A stretch of DNA of 59,415 nucleotides, the filler included, from Sphacelaria rigidula (taxonomy: Eukaryota): the NCBI GenBank assembly GCA_964200075.2. It is 2 parts of 2 records of this genome, joined end to end, with 100 filler letters (N's around TTAATTAATTAA, not from the genome) between each part and the next. Parts side by side here need not be neighbours in the genome. Positions count along the whole stretch, not along the records: positions 1 to 29,698 come from CAXNAA020000075.1; positions 29,799 to 59,415 come from CAXNAA020000076.1. One strand, given 5' to 3'. Made by a program: the position numbers and the translations under genes. Each line of letters begins with the position of its first letter. Position 1 is the stretch's first letter. The notes under the pieces were generated by a model. It did not search any database. It was not told the DNA's origin and saw nothing but the letters and a program-made list of their open reading frames with translations. Of the stretch, positions 27,401 through 36,439 are shown one piece after another.

Positions 27401-29394
27401 GGGTGCTCAGCAAGCGTTCATGCCCGAATCCTCTTGATTATGTATGTTTGCGTATCCGCTGACCGTAGAGTGCGCGCTTACTGTGATGCAGTACAGGATT
27501 GAACAAATAGAAATAGTACCATTCGGTTACTGCCGTAGTCCACTGGGAATTTCCTCGCCTAGTTGTCTGCAAGTATTTGTTCGATCTGTTATTACAGAGA
27601 CTATGACTCCACCCGTACTTATCTGTTGAATAAGTCATCCATGCGATGACCTTTGGTGGAACAACGGGGGCAGGTCACTCGAAATTGCGCTCCCTGCGGT
27701 TGTTCCATGTGCCTCTGCTGTGCGTGCTACCCCTATATATCCATACGTACGAGAAGTTGCAAAACGGACATTTCACTACCGTACGGTGCCCTGAGTACTG
27801 ACTATCGGACTCGGCGGCACCGTTCCCCGGACTTGCCTCGATCGGTGGCGCATGTGCCGAAATCCTAGACGCCGAACGTTGGGCCTGCTTGTTATTGTTG
27901 TGTATGTACACACGATGAACGTAAGGGATTTACACGGGATTTCAATGCGGAAGTATTGGCATCCGCGTTGAATTATGTGCGGCACCCGCACTTTCGGACA
28001 AACCACCCCGTTTCGATCACCACGATAAACACAATGTCCGCGAGGAACACCCTCTTGCGCTTTTTTCTCCGTAATTTTGTGATGAATAGTACCGCATCCT
28101 CGCCAATTCCTCCGACAAACAACTACCGCACAGTTCACGTCGACGTTCATGTAGCGCGCGAAATTACCGTGGACATCTTTCTCAATCCTCACGAAATTTT
28201 TCGGAAAATACATTCACGAAGCACCCGTATCCCACAGCTTGGGGCCTCATCTTTGGGTATCATCTTGTGATATTTCGCAATCGTGCCAGACGTGTGGGTT
28301 TCCGATTTCGTCTCTGCGCAGTAAACATCCATTTAAAGCCCTGATTCACTCAATTGATATCTGGAGCAAAGAAAAATAAAACCTCCGAAGATACGTTCTG
28401 CTCAATCTTCCCACTTTCCTGCTTCATCCGCTTTGATAATATCGTATGGTTCCACCGCGTTTTTTCTAATTTTTTTTCATGTTGCAGGTGGTGTTGCTCC
28501 TCGGCGCATGTCCTTTTCCAGAGCTGTTGGACTTGCCCTGGTTTTCATCCACCTTGGCTGACCTGGGGCCTCGCTTTCACCGGCATGCCGTAAGGGCCGC
28601 GCTGTGCCATTGCCGTTCTACCGCTCGTACTGCTGCTGTGTTGGAAATAATTTCACGGCATGGCGTGGCTGCCTCGGTTGTTCTTGATGAGTTGTGCCCT
28701 GAAGGCTTGGCTGGGGCATCGGCCGGCGTCGGTAGTACCGGCGATTGGCCTGGGGCTCGAAGTTTGGCCAATGAGGTAATAGCGCGGTGATATGATGGAA
28801 CATATTAGAACCAGCGATCCCTAAATGTCACTGCCGTCAACTTTTGCTCGAGTTGTAGAGATGGTTGTGCACATATATCCTTCATATCCTTCGAGTAGTC
28901 CGCCGGCTCTCGCCGCCCCTACCTCCCACGGTTAAGCGATCGATACAGCTGGCGTGCCCACTGTGGGCGGAGCTCTCGCTTCGCTGGCAGTGAAGACGTG
29001 TGGTGTGGATGTTTTTTCCTTGCATATTTGCCTTCATGTAAGACCCGCAATGAGAAGATTCCGTGGAAACGCCAAATAGCTGAGAAGCGATGTCGCATGC
29101 TTTTGCTAATGCGAGTGGTGTTTGCGGGAGGGAGAATGGCGCCGCATGTTCGACATGGGAAATAATGTACGTGTGCATCGGGGAACGTACGTCCAAACGC
29201 AGAGCTTGACCTGAAATAGCCAAATGATGGAGCACATACAGACGTGAAAGCAAAGCAACATATTCATTCTCTTCCACCGTTCGTTGAACTTTGATCCACC
29301 TCCCTCCCCCGTGACGTTGTTACCAGGCGACGATGGATGCAGTTTTCTTGGACATAGACCGCCGTCAGGCGCACTCTGAGCTAGACGGTACCAG
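82..29394 (+). CDS. KNTC1: Rod/KNTC1-like kinetochore protein (RZZ subunit), partial multi-exon gene, both ends incomplete
   Basis: Phase-consistent GT-AG exons: 82-247, 1697-1815, 2508-2652, 3882-4014, 4840-5033, 6053-6174, 9488-9631, 10345-10546, 12861-13007, 13821-14045, 14788-14914, 15306-15501, 19191-19278, 20647-20906, 21306-21780, 23200-23372, 24007-24156, 24641-24751, 25250-25463, 26931-27242, 28488-28775, 29327-29394 (4059 nt). Colinear motifs match metazoan Rod/KNTC1 as I recall it: SATLCGPEEL, KVLHVNDLDCPMAIGYM, ERDAHWWHVL, DLTLTVEFCERY, INDRDYERL, LEMLKAY, RRLPFRALLEDPWAVL, FRSRLRALLAL, IVRALRRDH, LLCDMLLD..GDTALW, LLLGACPF. The last exon is the least certain. Confidence 0.8.
878..1195 (+). 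mobile_element. tRNA-derived SINE, family A
   Basis: Pol III A-box-like TGGTGTAATGG and B-box GGTTCGATCCC; body shared with 42470-42729 and 52111-52444; A-rich tail. Confidence 0.75.
2995..3092. mobile_element. Mini TIR element (98 bp)
   Basis: CACACCCTGGA...TCCAGGGTGTG terminal inverted repeats; same terminus as 35006-36214. Confidence 0.5.
5480..5595 (+). repeat. LINE/SINE-like 3' end with (AATC)n tail
   Basis: GTTTTTGTTGGGTACGTACGTCTATCATGA...GGGGGTCAGTTAAA..GCGA + (AATC)n; also present at 14570-14672 (+) and 10676-10795 (-). Confidence 0.6.
9968..10091. repeat. Tandem duplication, 2 x ~55-67 bp
   Basis: ATAAT(A/G)AGCATAC(C/T)TGTTGGTTG...CAATGAAATG.CGTATCTCACGTCACC occurs twice. Confidence 0.8.
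10676..10795 (-). repeat. Third, inverted copy of the (AATC)n-tailed 3' end
   Basis: Reverse complement similar to 5480-5595 (ACGTCTATCATGCGACCACGGCTGGACCCC). Confidence 0.55.
11561..11620. repeat. (ATT)n microsatellite
   Basis: Directly visible. Confidence 0.9.
14570..14672 (+). repeat. Second copy of the (AATC)n-tailed 3' end
   Basis: Direct similarity to 5480-5595. Confidence 0.6.
16691..17475. mobile_element. PIF/Harbinger(Tourist)-like MITE, copy 1
   Basis: TIRs GGGCCTGTCTTGGCACTTTT..TTCGATCGAAAA / TTTTCGATCGAAAACAAAAGTGCTAAGACAGGCTC; preceded by TAA; internal TTCGATCGAA palindromes. Confidence 0.7.
19627..20455. mobile_element. PIF/Harbinger-like MITE, copy 2, inverted relative to copy 1
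   Basis: TIRs GGGCGTGTCTT / AAGACACGCCC; the body aligns with the reverse complement of 16691-17475. Confidence 0.7.
26451..26672. repeat. Tandem duplication, 2 x ~110 bp
   Basis: TCGGGTGTC..TAGACTGCT.TAGGAGAT..TTGAACTCTCTGTGTACCTCGGGAGC occurs twice. Confidence 0.8.
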
Positions 29395-29698
29395 GTACGT
29401 ACAGCGCCGGAGAACGTACAGCAACACGACATAATTGCATCCACGCGTTCGGGTACTGTACCTCGATTCATGGCAGAACCCGGTCTATTTAGCCATCTAC
29501 ATGGTGATTAACCTGCCACTTCATCTCCCAGAGATGAAATACACCCCTTGGACAATACTTTTTCGTAGAAGTGAGATGTATTGCCAAACACAACTGTCAG
29601 CTGTATCGTGTGATGAAACTGTTCACACGTCGGACAGATCAGTTTCTATGCGATCCGGCTCCTACAGGTGAAGTATGAACACATCTGTGTACCTGATT

Positions 29699-29798
29699 NN
29701 NNNNNNNNNNNNNNNNNNNNNNNNNNNNNNNNNNNNNNNNNNTTAATTAATTAANNNNNNNNNNNNNNNNNNNNNNNNNNNNNNNNNNNNNNNNNNNN
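29699..29798. other. Artificial contig-joining linker
   Basis: 44 N + TTAATTAATTAA (stop codons in all six frames) + 44 N = exactly 100 bp. Confidence 0.9.
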
Positions 29799-30170
29799 CA
29801 TGTGTTTTCGAGCAGGTTGACAGGGGAGCCAGGACTTCCCATGTGGTTTCGAGCAGGTTGACAGGGGAGCCAGGACTTCCCATGTGTTTTCGAACAGGTT
29901 GACAGGAAGCCAGGAGTCTCCCATGTGTTTTCGAACAGGTTGACAGGAAGCCAGGAGTCTCCCATGTGTTTTCGAGCAGGTTGACAGGGGAGCCAGGACT
30001 TCCCATGTGGTTTCGAGCAGGTTGACAGGGGAGCCAGGACTTCCCATGTGTTTTCGAACAGGTTGATAGGGGGCCAGGAGTATCCCTTGTGCGTGCGAAC
30101 AGGTTGACAGAGATCCAGGATTCCCCATGTGTTTTCGAACAGGTTGACAGGGGGCCAGGAGTTTCCCATG
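29799..30170. repeat. 41-bp tandem array, ~9 units, cut by the gap
   Basis: Unit CATGTGTTTTCGAGCAGGTTGACAGGGGAGCCAGGACTTCC at 41-bp spacing, with variants. Confidence 0.95.
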
Positions 30171-30350
30171 CGCCTTAGAACAGCGCGAACGCCATTTTAG
30201 CGGAAGCGAGTAGGAACGATGCACAACAGCTGTGGGTACAAGCTGAAGTTTGGCACCACAGCGAGAGTAGCCACCGCTCACCAGTAACGGTGTTGCTGGG
30301 CACCGGGGCAGGGGGGAGGGAGCTATGCATCAAAGCAGTGGTGGAGGGCT

Positions 30351-30950
30351 TTGGTGATTTGGGGGAACATGCCGGGCAAACTACAGCGGCAAGGAGCAAG
30401 ATTCCTGAGGGCAGCAAACCCTAGTGATAGCAGGACGCCGCCGATGAAGATTATGGGGTTAGCTGAGGAGATCACGACCGTTCCGCAACTGTACACATTG
30501 ACAGATAGGAAAGTGGTGTTAGGATCAGGATCGTCCTGGGAGTGGGCCTATCGGGGGTTGTTTCATGATGGAACCGAATCTCACTGGAATTCAGAGGAGG
30601 AAGTTCTGGACAGTTTCACTGGGCTACAGTTGGACGTGTTTCATGCTTCGTGGGAACTATATAACCCGCAAACCAAACCACGCCCATCCGTTATCCCATC
30701 TCGAGCGGAAATAGACTATTTTGCTCGGGATGAAGCTTTGGGTCTCATTCCTCTAGGGACCAGAATACGTAAACAGTTTGCGGACAACCAAGGTGAGCGG
30801 CAGGAGTTCGACGGGGAGGTGTTCGACTTCCGTCAGCCGTATTACCGTATCAGGTATGAGGATGGGGAATGGGAAGAGATGACGCCGTCGGAGGTGCGGA
30901 AAAATGCGGTGAAGGAACAGGGTACCGGAACCACTTCAGGATCTAATTAA
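30351..30950 (+). CDS. Retroelement-associated ORF with a chromo-like and a Tudor-like module
   Basis: Intronless ORF: LTDRKVVLG...WEWAYRGLFHDGTESHWNSEEE (chromo-like) and LGTRIRKQF...FDGEVFDF..YYRIRYEDGEWEEMT (Tudor-like). It lies upstream of a purine tract + TG. Confidence 0.55.
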   Translation: MVIWGNMPGKLQRQGARFLRAANPSDSRTPPMKIMGLAEEITTVPQLYTLTDRKVVLGSGSSWEWAYRGLFHDGTESHWNSEEEVLDSFTGLQLDVFHASWELYNPQTKPRPSVIPSRAEIDYFARDEALGLIPLGTRIRKQFADNQGERQEFDGEVFDFRQPYYRIRYEDGEWEEMTPSEVRKNAVKEQGTGTTSGSN

Positions 30951-31212
30951 TGGAGAAAAGGGATCTTTCTGCACGGTGTTCAAAATCCCTACGTGGTCTA
31001 ACCCGGCAGAGCGGTCAACAAGATCAAGGACGCCTCCGGACTGGAAGGGATCGTCCTGCACGGTGTTTAAATTCCCTAGGTGGTTGAACCCGGCAGAACG
31101 ATTATCAAGATCGACGGCTACACCCCAACGCTGAGCACTCGGAAGAGGGACATGGTAACGCGGCGATTCATCGTGTGAATCACATTGTCCTAGGGTTTTC
31201 AATCCTAGGACT

Positions 31213-31846
31213 GAGGGGGGGTGTTACGGATCGCGGCGTCATGCGGTGGAAAGGGGGACAGTACAATGATGGGCCGTTGATTCGGAACGAAGATACGCGC
31301 CCGGAGGGCTGATTGCGGGAACTGGCTAGTACCCGCAGTCAGGGGTGAGGATTTTGAGTAATCCGTCAAGATACGGAGTACATAAAAACATGCCTCTTAC
31401 ATCTGGTTGAATCCGATTCTTTCTAAGAATCGGTGCAATGCTATGATGCCCTGGTGTTCAGAACTTCACGAGAAGGCTCTGGTTTCAACACTACCAAGGA
31501 ACGAAAGAAATCGAATCACCTAAAGCTGTGAACAAGGATATCCTGACGATCGACGTGTACTGTACTGCGTTGGACTGTCTCCCCACGTGCTGTGAGCTTA
31601 CGATTGTTACAAGAATAACGGTGAGACGGTTTGGAGCTTGAGTACTTTATGAACAGATGTAAAAGGATCGACCTGAAGTAAATGAATATGAAGGGACGCG
31701 TGCACAAGTGGATGGCAGTCGAATAATAAGTAGAATGAAAGGTCCAACCCGAAATAGTGAAATTTTGTACTCGTTGACCGAAGTTTTGTTATTTGCCTAG
31801 TTCAGTGATCAACCTGCACTGTAAAGCTAAGCAAATGCTGACAACA
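31213..31846 (+). mobile_element. Polypurine tract and probable 3' LTR (possibly Ty3/gypsy-type)
   Basis: GAGGGGGGG immediately followed by TGTTAC at 31222; the LTR end at ...AACA (31846) is tentative. Confidence 0.5.
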
Positions 31847-32171
31847 ACTAGAGACTGCCGTTTGTTTGCATCATACTGTACAGTATAGACAATGAAATGA
31901 ATGCATGGTGGATTACAGTAAAATAAGAACATCGTCGTGTGCACATGCGTGAGAGAACGTGGTCACCATCGTGGTGGCGAACAAAAAAAACAGTCTCGGT
32001 CATCCCAGCATTCCATACAAGTTTTTCACTTTGCAAGACTTTACAGCAGCGCCAGTTCAAGAAATTCTATGCGTTGAACACTCTGTAGGCGCCATGTTGC
32101 AATGAACTCTTTACTTGTCAAACAAATCCGACTGCTGTCCATTCTCTGCCTTTTTCTTTTCTACGCAGCAG

Positions 32172-32953
32172 GTGGATGCTCTCGTCATGTGTCTTGTCGG
32201 GAAGGCCATGGAGGCAAAGCACGCTGTCACGCGGGCCGTGCTCCAGTCGTTCGGTCGGTGCGCCAAGTCAACTTCACTGGCTTTGGAGAAAACATCTGAA
32301 ACGATAAGGCCAAGCTCCACGAGTTCAACGCTGGCGAAAAGTGGGCGAAGAACTTCGTAAAGCGCAAAGGACTTCATAGCACGCTTCTTCATAGCGAGGC
32401 TCGTAGTGTTGATCACGACAAGATCAGCGGTGGCATGAAGGAGGTTCGCGCCGCTTGCGAGGACAACCCCGCGAGGAACACCTTCAATATCGACGAAACA
32501 GGTATCCAGTGGAGGCTGCTACCCAGGCAGATATACCTGTCGGTGGTCGAGGACAAGAGGACGGTCAGGGGTACGGAGGGCATGGACTTCAAGGATCGCT
32601 TCTCTCCCATCGTGTGCAGCAACGCCAACGGTACTGCAAAGGTGGAACTGACAATCATCGGCAAGGCAAACAATCTGCGTCGCTTCCACCGCCGTGGGTG
32701 TCCTATCCGATATTTCGCGCAAGCCAACGCGTGGTCCGATTACGCGACTTTCCTCAAGCGGTGGGAAGATATTTCCTTTCGTTGGTTCGGCGATGGACCC
32801 ATGAGCTGGTGCTGCTGCTCATGGACGGCTGCTCGTCGCACGGCTACCGGGTGGATGACCGCGGTGGTGATACACCCTCCGAACTGCACCAGCGTCCACC
32901 AGCCAATGGGCATGGGTATCTTTGCGGCCCTCAAGCTCATCTACAGGAGGTGA
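32172..32953 (+). pseudogene. Decayed pogo/Tigger-type (CENP-B HTH + DDE_1) transposase
   Basis: FNAGEKWAKNFVKRKGL...SEARSVD, FNIDETG, CSNANGTAK, NAW, LLMDGCSSH, PPNCTSVHQPMG. The motifs are split over frames by at least two frameshifts, and the QPxD Asp is replaced by Gly. Confidence 0.8.
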
Positions 32954-33537
32954 TCGAATATGTTTACACTCAGTCGCGAGGATATGGATGGCATGTATGA
33001 TACTGCGTGCATGTTGGATGGCGTGATTGTGATATGAGGATTATGTGGACGGAATAATGTAGGGATGTTGGAGTATTCCGTACAGGGGGCGTTTCGTCAG
33101 ATTCTGTAGTATGACGCACTCCTGTGGTTATTCTTTGGTGTTGCACGCATGTGCCACCCACCCACACCGGTTTCAGTTGTTTAGTAGCAGTTGTAGTTGC
33201 CGTTCTTCTACAGGGATTGCGGTATGAGGTTATGTGGTGAAAAATAATGGAGCGATAATGAGGAAAGGGGTATAGTCGCCACCGATGCACCGAGCTTCTT
33301 CTCACGATAGCGAGAGCCAGTCTCGTGCATGAGATGCGCCATGTGTTGGTGCAGGAGGTACTGTTACTGGAGGGGAGAGAGAACAAGATGGGCGGCCGAT
33401 GGCTGTTATAACCCGGGATGCGATAGAGGTTACGAACACAAGAATGGGTTGTGAGAGTAATGCCCCGAATTCTTCGAAGCGGCGGGCAGAGATGATGACA
33501 TACGAACTTGAGAAGTACGAACGGTGGTTGTGGGGGG

Positions 33538-33571
<34 letters not shown>

Positions 33572-33775
33572 CAACGGGTGGAAGAGATTGAGAGGAAACG
33601 GGCGTGGTTTGAGAGAAGAGATAAACAAGGGGAGGCGATCGAGAGTCTTGCGAAAGAGCTAGAGGAACTCGAAAGGGCGTTTGAGAAAATGGTAGTGATG
33701 AAACAACCGTGAAAAATGGAAAGGAACAGAACATTTTTTATTTCAAGACATCCGGGGAACCCCCCGTGAACGACA

Positions 33776-33950
33776 GGAGCAGCAGCAACAGCAGCAGCAA
33801 CAACAACAACAGCGACAGCAGGAGCAGCAGCAGCACCAACAGCACCAACAGCACCAGCAACAACAACAGCAGCACCAGGAGCTATGACAGCACCAGCAGT
33901 ACCAGCAACAGCGAAAGCACAAGAGCACAAGCAGCACTAGCAACAGCGAT
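33776..33950. repeat. (CAG/CAA/CAC)n compound microsatellite; (GA)n nearby at 33540-33569
   Basis: Directly visible. Confidence 0.85.
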
Positions 33951-34441
33951 GAGGACTTCCACATCAACGACTCAGCGAGGTCATACAGAATACCCTCATC
34001 TCCTTTCGATCGGGGGAAATGATCAGACGAGAGCGGGCGCAAGCTCCTGACAATCGGTAAATACTGCCCCCTCGATCGGGGGAAGTTGGCAGAGGCTTTT
34101 GCTGGGGATGGATGGAGACGCTTTTGTTCGGAGCAAGATCAGGACCACGGTATATCACAGCAATGTTGTGCCGAACAAGGCACGTGTTTTGTTTCTACGG
34201 TATTTCATTGAGTTTACTTGCAGGATAATTTTCTTGGTTCGATTGTCGGGTTTGTTTCAACATGTATCATGCGTAATCGTTCACCCGTGTTTCCTTTTTG
34301 ATTTTTGGCGTGGTACAACTGCATTACATTCCTCTACAAATGCTGCTGCATCACTACAGTACTATACTATATGCCTGAACTCTCAAAGTAATATGTGCCT
34401 GCCCTGTACAAGTACTTTTGGGTATGTTTGCCAGAGCGTCG

Positions 34442-34922
34442 CATGTAGTAGGGGGTGTTAAAATCCGTGATGTGCGCTTGAATTTTGATTTGTATGTGAC
34501 GTGCCTCTCAGCAGTGTACTGAAAAGGTTAGTGACTGACTGTATGTGAACGAAGTGATACAGTGACGGCACAATTGATGCCGACACAACGCGGTGCATTC
34601 GGCACTGTAATAATTCGTAACAATGATGTGATCAACACTGCAGGTTGATTGTCCGGCACATTGAATAAGGCTGATGTGCTGTGTTGGTTGTAACATGTAA
34701 TAGAGGGTGTTGAACTCCGTGATGCCCGACTAAATTTGATGTCGAATATGATGTGCCTGACAGCAATGTACTAAGGTGATCTATTACTGAGTGTATGCGA
34801 ATGAAGTGATGCAGTGACGACACGGTCCAATCGGCACTATAATGCTCTGTAACGACGGCGCTATCGACACTGCATGTTGATCGCCCCGCACACTAAGCAA
34901 GGCTGATATGCTGTGCTTGTTT
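34442..34922. repeat. Diverged tandem duplication, 2 x ~230-250 bp
   Basis: CATGTA.TAG.GGGTGTT.AA.TCCGTGATG...GAAGTGAT.CAGTGACG...AAGGCTGAT.TGCTGTG starts at 34442 and again at 34694. Confidence 0.75.
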
Positions 34923-35005
34923 CGTCCCATTTTGTCGAGATGATGATCCATTTTTTCGTCGTGTTTTACTGTCGACATCCCCAACCTGGCGTTGAAATTT
35001 CCCAC

Positions 35006-36214
35006 ACCCTGGACAATACAATATGTAATATATATTGCTCGCTCAATATATCGATGCGTTGGGTGGTCAATATATATTGGGCGAGCAATATGATGGCAAG
35101 AGAGACAAGTCGATATATATTGTGTCATCAATATATCAAGGCTCGCGATGTGCAATACATATCGACCGAATAATATATCACGACAGGCGCCACCTCAATA
35201 TATATTGGCCGAGTAATATGTAGGTGCGGCAAGGCACCAATATATACTTGTCGAGTAATACATTGGCTGCCACACGAGGTCAATATATATTGACGAGTCA
35301 ATATACTCAACACTCGAAGCTCCAATATATATTGCCACCCCAATATGTCGTGCGTCAATGTGTCCAACATATATTGGGCGAACAATAGACGAGGAAACCG
35401 ACAGTCACAACGCATGTTGGTGTAGGAATATGTATTGGTGATTCAATATGTATAGTGGAAAGTGTATAAGAATTAGTATCGTGGGTAGTTTCATCTTCGC
35501 GGGCGCTACTGAAAGATGTATCACCAGATGCCGAAAACGCTCAATATAGTCCCCCGCGAGCGTGTTCAATATATACCGGCTGCACAATAGCTATGCGATG
35601 AGCGGGAGCAATACATATTGGGAAAACAATACTCTTGCATGTTTTTTTGCTCAATATATATATATATATTGTGACAACAATATATATGTTATGCATCGCT
35701 TCGACTCAAGATATATTGACACTTCAATATATTCACGGCCGGCATGCACAATATATATTGAATGTTGTGTTCCCGGAACAAAAACGTGTCTAACATATAT
35801 TGTCATGCATTACTTTGCGATCGTGACACAAGAAATATATATTGCCGTTTTAACGTCTCCGAGAGCATCTGAACATAATATAAATTGAAAGGCCAATATT
35901 GGCACTGTATTCAACATAAAGTATCGATGACTGCTGCCGAGATAGCCCCCCCCCCAAACCGGCCAAAAATGTGCACGGAGGCGATGATCATCAATGCCGT
36001 TACAGCTGGTTTCGTGTTCCACGACGCGACTTTTGGGGGCGTTATAGCTGATTCCGGACTGCTACAAGCCTTTCATGTGGGCGCCATTGCTGCAAATGAG
36101 CCCAATAGTGGGATCGCAGCCGGTTTGTCGGACAGTCTCCCGTGCACGTTTTGTGGGGGGGCTATCTCGGCATTAGTCCGATATCATATTGGAACATATT
36201 GTATTGTCCAGGGT
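35006..36214. mobile_element. Non-autonomous TIR DNA element (1.2 kb)
   Basis: Perfect 21-bp TIR ACCCTGGACAATACAATATGT / ACATATTGTATTGTCCAGGGT; many internal CAATATATATTG-like palindromes. Confidence 0.8.
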
Positions 36215-36439
36215 ATAAGCAACACAGCACCAGTGACCAGAGAGGTACCAAAAGGCGCATATCGAACCGCGTTTTCTGCCGTCGTACAGTTCAGCCAAGA
36301 TATATGTTACGCACTGTGGAGAGTATGGGCGTCACCGCACCGCTGGCCAGATAGGTATCAAAAAGCATTTATACTGGGTCGTCTCTTCTGTCACCATATT
36401 TTCCAGCCAATAAATATATCAAACTCTTTCGACGACTCT

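Noticed and set aside
29799-30170. CRISPR-like regular repeats
   Set aside because: Units are head-to-tail with no unique spacers, there are no cas genes, and the context is eukaryotic; it is a minisatellite.
32172-32360. Possible terminal exon of the Rod-like gene
   Set aside because: It continues, via a frameshift, into CENP-B HTH and DDE_1 motifs and lies beyond the artificial linker, so it belongs to the pogo-like remnant.
33430-34050. Ala/Val-, Cys- and Ser/Asn-rich ORFs
   Set aside because: Translations of (CAG/CAA)n and (GA)n microsatellites.
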